Shown here piece after piece: positions 56,754-64,000 of a stretch of DNA of 64,000 nucleotides. The notes under the pieces were generated by a model. It made no database searches. It was not told where the DNA came from and worked only from the letters and a program-made list of their open reading frames with translations. Source of the stretch: a virus. Within the stretch, counting starts at the first letter, position 1; each line of letters opens with the position of its first letter. The position numbers were made by a program, and so were the translations under genes. Location of the stretch: IMG/VR virus record IMGVR_UViG_3300032050_000036, positions 49,499 to 113,498 of that record, one strand, 5' to 3'.

Positions 56754-59700
56754 ATGTCTAGCCCATCTAATTTATACGCAGAGAAAATATATGCAGAGCA
56801 TCCACAGTTTTTATGGGCGCTTGATGATCAGGCTGACTATGTTTCTATAATTTCAGAAGCACAAAGAAATACTTCCATATGGACAATAGAAAATGGGTCT
56901 TCTATATCAACAGAAGAATTAATAGATGCTCCATTTGCAGATAGCATAATTAATAAAATTACTCCAACTGCTGTTTTAGGAGAAACATTTTCTACAACAT
57001 TGATTAGTCCAGAAATAGTAAGTGTTGATGAACTTAATCAAATACTCAAAACATTTTCTGTAGGATCTTACTTTTATACAGCAAGTCCGTATGGACTCAG
57101 TGTAGAAATTGGATATCGGTATTATGACGATGCACTAGAATCTTTTGTTGATGTTTTAAAAAGTTATGATGCATCAATACAGAATAAATGGTATTTTCTT
57201 TCAGAAACTTTTAGTCCAGAATTTAGTGAATCTACAATCAAATTAGTTATAAAAATTAACTATATAGGAAACTCTCAAGAATTAACAGATTATAGTTTTT
57301 ATATCAATGGAATAACTTTTGGTCAATGGGCAGAAGAATTTCAGTCAAGTTCTCTGGGGGTTTCTCCGATATCTTTGCCATCAACAATAGCGCTTCCATC
57401 CTCAAATGTCGTTGAGGCATCAGCCTACGGTCTTTTAGAGTATAGCGGGTATTACTTTGTAAACAATAATTCTTTAGTTGCTAAAAATTTTGGAATTCCA
57501 ATGGTATTTGGATCTCAAAATGTAACTAAGTTATACGAAAATGAAAATAGTCCAAGCGTAATTATTCCATCAAATGGCATGCTATCGAATGGCGGTAGAT
57601 ATAAAGAATTTACTTTAGAGTTTTGGATAAGAACTAATAATTCATCATCAGTATCAAGAAGGATAGTTGGCCCAATTGCTTCAGATGATGGTATATATTT
57701 AGATGGACCATTTTTGGTATTAAAGATAAACAATGAATACGCTTCCTATTATATCGGTCAGTGGGAAAGACCAATGCTTATCGATTGGAGATATTCTACA
57801 AATAATTCAGCAGTTTTGTTAAATGGAGAAGAAGTAATATCTTTATCCTTAAATAGTCAAACTTTAACATTGCCAGACAAATTAAATAATGACAACAAAG
57901 ATCAGGATTGGATTGGTTTTTATGCATACACAGATATACAGCCAATAGAAATAGATTGTGTTGCAATATATCCATATCTAGTCCCATCTTTAGTTGCCAA
58001 AAGAAGATTTGTTTATGGACAAGGGGTGCAATATCCAGAGAACCTTAATGCTTCTTATGGAGGAAGTACCGTTCTGTTCGACTACTCTTTTGCTGACTAT
58101 ACTAAAAATTATAATTATCCAGACTTAGGATCATGGAGTCAGGCATCAATTGATAACGTTCTAATAGAAAATAATTACCTTACATCAATAAATTTTGAAA
58201 CGCCTAAAATTTTTACAGACTCTTCTATAAAAACAGAATCTAATCTTTTAGCAGATTGTGCAGTTATACAAAATGAAGATTCTTTATTTTTAGATTTAAA
58301 ACCAACAGAAGAATGGAACAATATAAATTCATATTTATACTTTAATAATTTTTCTTTAAATGGAGAATTAGCACACGCATTTTACGGAATATTTAAAAAA
58401 CCATCTGGATTTTCTGGAACACAGGTTTTAATAAGATTAGAAGATCAGTATTCAAATTATTTTTCAATAGAATGCGTAAATGACGACGTCAGGTATATAT
58501 TAAAGTATGGAGATAGTAATCCAGAAACAATATATGAATCTTTGTCTGTTGCAAATGGAGAAATTTTTACTGTTGGTTTAGAAATAGATATATTTAGAGA
58601 CTACTTTGGCAATAATGTAACATCATTTTTTACAAATTCAAACTTGTCTATGTATGTGGGAGGAACTAAAAACTTTAATAATACATTTACAGGAAATATA
58701 TATAAGGTGGCTATTTGTTCAGAAAAAAATGTAAAAGATATTTCAAATTTATTCAATATAATTGGTGTCCCTAAAGACTATGAAAATATATTTAGCCTGT
58801 ACGCCCCTGGAGTACAATATGACGGAGGAGATGCAGATCAAGACTTTTGGAATTATTATTTAGGATCAAATCCTGAAGACTTTTCTCCATCTTCTTTTAT
58901 TAACACTAAACTTTCAGAGCATATTCCAAGTTGTGGAATCGTTCCCAAAAATTATTTTGATAATTTTTATATAGACATAGATACAAAGGGTTCTTGGAAA
59001 GATTATGTACCACTATCTTATTTTGGACAATATATAACAGATGAATATGGCAACAGTAAATTTGGATTAGATTTTATTCAGTTTAATGTTAATTATCCAG
59101 CACCAACTAAATTTAAAGAAACAGAAACTATAGACGAAGACGGATGGCCATATTCAGAACTTTCACAGCAATATTCATACCCAATACAAAGATCATATGA
59201 ATCGTTAGATAATTACTTATACACAGGCTATGTAGATTATCAAGATTTATCAGAAAAGTCAATTAAAACATATTCTTATGACACATCTAATGCAATTTTA
59301 AAAACATATATAACTTTTGAATATTTGGAAACTGGCGCAAATTCTTCAGATGGATTTTTTTTAAAAACAGAAGACGTTCCTAAAAATGGTGTGATTGCTC
59401 CAGGCTCAGATTGGGTTAATACTAGATATGAGGTTGTTGATAATGTAATCATATATCCTCCAAATGGAGTAGACTTTAATAAGATAGCAATAGTAATTAC
59501 TTTAGATTTTGAAATAAATGGAGTTTCCTACAAACCAATAAAAATTAAAAATCTACAACTTGCCTCTCAGGCATTTAACTATAATACCGCAAATAATGTT
59601 GGCACTAGATTTGGAACTAAAGTTTATCCATATCTGAATACTGGATATTATTATAATTATAAGTCTAAAAATCCCTTCACTATATATAAGGGGTCATCTC

Positions 59701-60455
59701 CATACCTGTATTTAACAAGACACTCTGGCCTAGAAATGAGGGGAGACTATGATCCATTAGTCAACAGGGGGGTAGCAATTCCAATAAATACGAATAAAAC
59801 TCAAGATTATGAAGTTATGGCCATGCAGTCTTTAATTAGATTTAATGGTGATTTTTTCCCTTATGCTCCAACTCAAATAATGCAAATAAATGCAAAGGGG
59901 AAAACAATTAAACTTTATATGGTTGCAAATCATCCAACAGGGAAAAGAGCAAAGATATATGCCATAGATGCAAATACTGGAGCATTGTATAACGGAATAG
60001 TTTTTTATATTAATGGAAAAGTTGTTAAAGAGCCAATTTTAAATATAAATGAATGGATTATGCTAGGAATAGGATTCCCAAGCATTCTTAATTTTAAATC
60101 TTATTCTGGATCTATAATGATTAATGGACCTATTATTTTTAATAGCCTTTCGTATTATCAAACTACAAATTTACAAGCAATTCAAACAGTTACAAAAAGA
60201 CCTTGGGCAAGGGTAAAATTTGCTGTAGACGGAGTTTTTGATTGGGAGTACTGGAATGACTATTTTGTATGGCAAGGAGTATTGGTTCAGTCTTCGGTTA
60301 GTTATTATGGAGTAAATCCAGCAGATCTATATAAAGCATATACTGGAACTAATAAGATTATTGTGGATGATAGTCGTGTTTTTAGTATAGAGGCATACGA
60401 ATATTCTATGCTTAAGGATATTTCTTGGCAATCGCAAATATCTGACGCAGTATAA
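56754..60455 (+). CDS. Large virion/tail protein with LamG-like segment
   Basis: 1233 aa; HP...W.LDD, FTLEFW. Confidence 0.7.
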   Translation: MSSPSNLYAEKIYAEHPQFLWALDDQADYVSIISEAQRNTSIWTIENGSSISTEELIDAPFADSIINKITPTAVLGETFSTTLISPEIVSVDELNQILKTFSVGSYFYTASPYGLSVEIGYRYYDDALESFVDVLKSYDASIQNKWYFLSETFSPEFSESTIKLVIKINYIGNSQELTDYSFYINGITFGQWAEEFQSSSLGVSPISLPSTIALPSSNVVEASAYGLLEYSGYYFVNNNSLVAKNFGIPMVFGSQNVTKLYENENSPSVIIPSNGMLSNGGRYKEFTLEFWIRTNNSSSVSRRIVGPIASDDGIYLDGPFLVLKINNEYASYYIGQWERPMLIDWRYSTNNSAVLLNGEEVISLSLNSQTLTLPDKLNNDNKDQDWIGFYAYTDIQPIEIDCVAIYPYLVPSLVAKRRFVYGQGVQYPENLNASYGGSTVLFDYSFADYTKNYNYPDLGSWSQASIDNVLIENNYLTSINFETPKIFTDSSIKTESNLLADCAVIQNEDSLFLDLKPTEEWNNINSYLYFNNFSLNGELAHAFYGIFKKPSGFSGTQVLIRLEDQYSNYFSIECVNDDVRYILKYGDSNPETIYESLSVANGEIFTVGLEIDIFRDYFGNNVTSFFTNSNLSMYVGGTKNFNNTFTGNIYKVAICSEKNVKDISNLFNIIGVPKDYENIFSLYAPGVQYDGGDADQDFWNYYLGSNPEDFSPSSFINTKLSEHIPSCGIVPKNYFDNFYIDIDTKGSWKDYVPLSYFGQYITDEYGNSKFGLDFIQFNVNYPAPTKFKETETIDEDGWPYSELSQQYSYPIQRSYESLDNYLYTGYVDYQDLSEKSIKTYSYDTSNAILKTYITFEYLETGANSSDGFFLKTEDVPKNGVIAPGSDWVNTRYEVVDNVIIYPPNGVDFNKIAIVITLDFEINGVSYKPIKIKNLQLASQAFNYNTANNVGTRFGTKVYPYLNTGYYYNYKSKNPFTIYKGSSPYLYLTRHSGLEMRGDYDPLVNRGVAIPINTNKTQDYEVMAMQSLIRFNGDFFPYAPTQIMQINAKGKTIKLYMVANHPTGKRAKIYAIDANTGALYNGIVFYINGKVVKEPILNINEWIMLGIGFPSILNFKSYSGSIMINGPIIFNSLSYYQTTNLQAIQTVTKRPWARVKFAVDGVFDWEYWNDYFVWQGVLVQSSVSYYGVNPADLYKAYTGTNKIIVDDSRVFSIEAYEYSMLKDISWQSQISDAV

Positions 60456-60473
60456 TATGGTATACTTTTGGTT

Positions 60474-60878
60474 ATGAAAAAGAATAATCAGCCTCTTTTT
60501 GGTAAAGACGGGAAACCACGTATGCCTGGGCAGATTGGTGAAACCAAGGTTACAGTAATTGATAAAAAATATGACTGGGGCATTTATGTTTGGAAAAAGT
60601 CAAATGGAAGATGGTTTACTGATGGAAATGGTAATATTTTAAATATTCCATCAATGAAAGGTGACCTAGCAAGAATAGCAGAATTAAAACAGGCAGCAGC
60701 ATACTATGGAGAGCCAGACGGGGAGCCATATTTTTTTGCTGGTATGGGAAGAGTAACTGATGAAGAGTACAGTGAGCAAGTAGATAGAATGAAGGCAGGT
60801 TTAATTCCTAACCTCAATGACCTTGGGGCGGTACAGGCAGCAAAAGATACAATTGCAAAATATGGGGATGAAGAGTGA
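60474..60878 (+). CDS. Hypothetical protein preceding portal
   Basis: TGGTATACT 7 nt before ATG. Confidence 0.7.
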   Translation: MKKNNQPLFGKDGKPRMPGQIGETKVTVIDKKYDWGIYVWKKSNGRWFTDGNGNILNIPSMKGDLARIAELKQAAAYYGEPDGEPYFFAGMGRVTDEEYSEQVDRMKAGLIPNLNDLGAVQAAKDTIAKYGDEE

Positions 60879-62467
60879 TGTCAGAAGAAAAAGAATATCT
60901 TATAGGCGCTAGGATTGATAATTTAGTTAATCCACTAGATCAGTTTAAGTCAGAAGATCCATTTAACAAGGCATGGTCTGAACTAAAGTCCTACAATGGT
61001 TTAGATAATAATTTTAGAAGAAGAACTTCTAGGCTTATAGATAAAGCAGACAAAATGAATCCTACACAAGGATATCTTGATAGCGCAAGAGCAGAACAAT
61101 CAGGAATTGACGGAGCAAAGTCAAAAGAGATAAACCCAGGAACAGTTTATCGCAATGGATACGGATTGTTTGATGTAATAACACCGCCATGGAATGTTTA
61201 CGAACTTGCTAACTACTATGACACATCTTTTGCAAACCATGCAGCAATTGATGCTAAGGTCGAAAACATTGTAGGGCTTGGTTATGATTTTGAAGTTTCG
61301 CAAAGCACAATGTTAAGATTAGAATCAAACAAAGACAAAGATCAAGTATCAAGAGCAAGAAATAGAATTGAACGTGCAAAAATTGAAATGCACGAGTGGA
61401 TAGAGTCACTTAACGATGATGATTCTTTTACAACAACAATGATGAAGGTTTATACAGATGTTCAAGCAGTTGGAAACGGTTATCTAGAAGTTGGTCGCAC
61501 TACTCGTGGTGAAATAGGATATATCGGACATATACCAGCAACAACAATGCGTGTTCGTAGATTACGTGATGGCTTTGTCCAAATTATTGGACAGAAGGTT
61601 GTTTACTTTAGAAACTTTGGCGCTAAGAACGCTAACCCCGTTACTTCAGATCCAAGGCCTAATGAAATCATACACTTTAAACAGTACTCGCCTTTAAATA
61701 CTTTTTATGGTGTACCAGATATAATGTCGGCAATAAACTCGCTCCATGGAGACCAGTTAGCGTCACAATATAACATCGACTACTTTAGCAATAAGGCTGT
61801 TCCTCGTTATGTTGTGACACTAAAGGGTGCCAGACTTTCTGCAGATGCCGAAGATAAAATGTTTAGATTTTTACAAACAAGTCTAAAGGGTCAATCTCAC
61901 AGAACTTTATACATACCACTTCCTGGAGACAGTGATACTAATAAGGTTGAATTTAAAATGGAGCCTATTGAAAATGGTGTACAAGAAGGATCATTTGAGA
62001 GATACAGAAATCAAAACCGTGATGACATTTTAGTTGCACATCAGGTTCCTTTATCTAAAATAGGCGGAGGAGATTCTGGTTCTATAGCAGCAGCCTTAGC
62101 CCAAGATCGTACATTTAAAGAGCAAGTTGCTAGACCAGCACAAAAAGAATTAGAAAAAACATTAAATAAAATTATTAAAGAGAAGACAGATGTCTTAGTT
62201 CTTAAGTTTAAAGAACTTACCTTAACTGATGAAATTGCTCAGTCTCAGATATTGGAAAGATATGTAAAAGCACAGGTTATGCTACCAAATGAAGCAAGAT
62301 CTGCTCTAGGATTACCACAAAGGGAAGGAGGGGATGAGCCTTTCCAGCCTAAGCCTCAAGATACAACAGATAGGGCACGGGATGGAGAAAGACTTAATAA
62401 TCAGTCTGATGGAGATGCTACTTTAAGTGGTAGAAATCCAAAAGGTGAGGGTAGATCTACTCCGTAG
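60875..62467 (+). CDS. Portal protein
   Basis: GNGYLE, EIIHF, YGVP, YF.N.AVP, AHQVP, PNEAR..LGL. Confidence 0.92.
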   Translation: MMSEEKEYLIGARIDNLVNPLDQFKSEDPFNKAWSELKSYNGLDNNFRRRTSRLIDKADKMNPTQGYLDSARAEQSGIDGAKSKEINPGTVYRNGYGLFDVITPPWNVYELANYYDTSFANHAAIDAKVENIVGLGYDFEVSQSTMLRLESNKDKDQVSRARNRIERAKIEMHEWIESLNDDDSFTTTMMKVYTDVQAVGNGYLEVGRTTRGEIGYIGHIPATTMRVRRLRDGFVQIIGQKVVYFRNFGAKNANPVTSDPRPNEIIHFKQYSPLNTFYGVPDIMSAINSLHGDQLASQYNIDYFSNKAVPRYVVTLKGARLSADAEDKMFRFLQTSLKGQSHRTLYIPLPGDSDTNKVEFKMEPIENGVQEGSFERYRNQNRDDILVAHQVPLSKIGGGDSGSIAAALAQDRTFKEQVARPAQKELEKTLNKIIKEKTDVLVLKFKELTLTDEIAQSQILERYVKAQVMLPNEARSALGLPQREGGDEPFQPKPQDTTDRARDGERLNNQSDGDATLSGRNPKGEGRSTP

Positions 62468-62468
62468 T

Positions 62469-62489
62469 TTATCCACAAGTTTATTCACA
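62469..62489 (+). promoter_or_regulatory. Tandem DnaA boxes
   Basis: TTATCCACA at 62469 and TTATTCACA at 62481. Confidence 0.65.
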
Positions 62490-62533
62490 ATTTATTAATA
62501 TTTGTGTAAAAAGGCTCTATAATATATACTAGT

Positions 62534-63871
62534 ATGACTATATCTAAAGCCCATTGGGACACCATTGGCGACTCAGTAAGACTTTCCCTTCCATTTGCGA
62601 AGGTTGATAAGGAGAGACGTATTGTCTCTGGCTTTGCTTCACTCGATAACCTTGATAAGCAAGGAGATATAGTTACAGCAGAAGCGTCAATGAAAGCATT
62701 TTCAAAGTTTCGTGGAAACATTCGTGAAATGCATCAGCCATTAGCAGTTGGCAAAATGGTTAACTTTAAAGAGGATAGATATTTTGATCCAGAATCTAAA
62801 AAGTTTTATTCTGGAGTTTTTGTATCAGCATATGTTTCTAAAGGTGCACAAGATACATGGGAAAAGGTTTTGGACGGTACACTAACAGGATTCTCCATCG
62901 GTGGAAGAATGAATAAGTGGGATGACGGCTATGATGAGAAATCAGATTCTACAATTAGAATTATTAAAGATTATGATCTTGTTGAGTTAAGTCTTGTTGA
63001 TTCACCAGCAAATCAATTTGCTAACATTATGTCAGTTGAAAAAGTTGATGGCATTGAGGTTGTTAAAGGTGCAGATGTTGCACTTGAGAATGTTTTTTAT
63101 GATGAAGAATCTGGGATAGTAATGGTTTCAGATCAAGAAACAGTAAAAAGCCCAATTACTGGAAATGAAATGAAGAATATAGGTTTCGTTGAAAAAGAAG
63201 ACAACGAAAAAATGGATATAGTCAAATTCTTAGTAGATAGTGCTAAAGGCATTGATGCTAAGATTTCAAAGGAGGAAAATCCTATGGCAAAAACAAAAAA
63301 GGTTGCTGAAGAAGTAACCGAAATTGAAAAGTCAGAAGAGATCGCTCCAGAGGCAGTTGCTGAAACTCCAGTAGTTGAAACTGAAAACGTAGACGAAGTT
63401 GTTGTAGAAACAACTGAAGTTGTTGAAACAGAAAAGGCTGCAGCATCATCCTCATCATCAAAAGAAGAAGAAGATTCTTCAGCAGATGCTAAGGAAGATG
63501 AAGAAGAGATGAAGGCAAAGAAATCAGATGATGTTATTGTTGAATCAATAGCAGAATTAAAGAATACAATCACATCAGCCTTTAGCGATTTAACTGAAAC
63601 CGTCAAGTCTTTGCAGGCAGAAGTAGAAATGCTTAAGTCTTCAAAAGTTGACACAGAAGCAGTAAAGAGTTCACTAGATGCAGTCGCCAAAGACATTGCT
63701 GCAACAGTAGAACAAGTTAGTAAGTTTGGTAAGCGAGTAGACGCAGTAGAAGCAGATACCGCTTTCCGAAAGTCTGGCGATCTAGGCGAGATCGTACAGG
63801 AACAACCAGAAATGGTTGAAAAATCCCTATGGGGCGGACGTTTCCTCAAAACAGCCGACTTATTTAATTAA
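62534..63871 (+). CDS. Prohead protease with C-terminal scaffold
   Basis: REMH, TGFSIGG, ELSLVD.PAN; acidic coiled-coil tail. Confidence 0.9.
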   Translation: MTISKAHWDTIGDSVRLSLPFAKVDKERRIVSGFASLDNLDKQGDIVTAEASMKAFSKFRGNIREMHQPLAVGKMVNFKEDRYFDPESKKFYSGVFVSAYVSKGAQDTWEKVLDGTLTGFSIGGRMNKWDDGYDEKSDSTIRIIKDYDLVELSLVDSPANQFANIMSVEKVDGIEVVKGADVALENVFYDEESGIVMVSDQETVKSPITGNEMKNIGFVEKEDNEKMDIVKFLVDSAKGIDAKISKEENPMAKTKKVAEEVTEIEKSEEIAPEAVAETPVVETENVDEVVVETTEVVETEKAAASSSSSKEEEDSSADAKEDEEEMKAKKSDDVIVESIAELKNTITSAFSDLTETVKSLQAEVEMLKSSKVDTEAVKSSLDAVAKDIAATVEQVSKFGKRVDAVEADTAFRKSGDLGEIVQEQPEMVEKSLWGGRFLKTADLFN

Positions 63872-63894
63872 GTAATCACTTAGGAGGTGACAAT

Positions 63895-64000
63895 ATGTCG
63901 GAAGAGATTAAGAAAAACCAGCCAGGAGAAACTGGCGAACTAGGCGGAACAGCCCCTGGTCTTTATCAAGGTCAAGGTGCATTCGCTTCAGGTGGTGTTG
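63895..64000 (+). CDS. Probable major capsid protein, N-terminus (partial)
   Basis: AGGAGG RBS; position after protease/scaffold. Confidence 0.6.
   Translation, partial: MSEEIKKNQPGETGELGGTAPGLYQGQGAFASGGV

Noticed and set aside
63133-63849. 238-aa minus-strand ORF (also 7125-7436, 7697-8026, 48462-48902)
   Set aside because: Antisense shadows of well-supported plus-strand genes
1-64000. Stop-codon reassignment, introns or inteins
   Set aside because: Long genes are intact in the standard code, TAA/TAG/TGA all end genes, and no suppressor tRNA or insertion is evident in RNR or portal

Overview
A 64-kb piece of a large, AT-rich tailed dsDNA phage, almost certainly infecting Actinobacteria (WhiB gene, GAAAGGA Shine-Dalgarno sites, many leaderless genes); gene content resembles large freshwater actinophages. 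Layout: 1-14.7 kb accessory/host-takeover genes (nuclease, WhiB, sugar-nucleotide enzymes, APS-kinase fusion, Hsp20, PstS, GT61s); 14.7-15.5 kb six tRNAs with an HNH; 15.5-31 kb many small probable early genes diverging at about 29.6 kb; 31-34.3 kb SpeD, 2OG oxygenase, DNA methylase; 34.3-60.5 kb tail/fibre genes interleaved with modification enzymes and a class II RNR; 60.9-64 kb portal, protease/scaffold and the start of the probable capsid gene. The most striking signals are non-coding: eight early promoters with the TGTCAG-N10-TAnnnT geometry of the host PafBC DNA-damage regulon, a dense set of other host-regulator-like boxes (CRP, DnaA pairs, MraZ, WhiA-like), five dispersed covarying H-type pseudoknots in 3' UTRs, and hairpins displaying anti-Shine-Dalgarno loops. 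Two virion-region proteins carry long YSFTP repeats, one with five thrombospondin-like modules, near glycosyl-, sulfo- and hydroxyl-transferases. All family calls are from motif recognition by eye; no searches were run.
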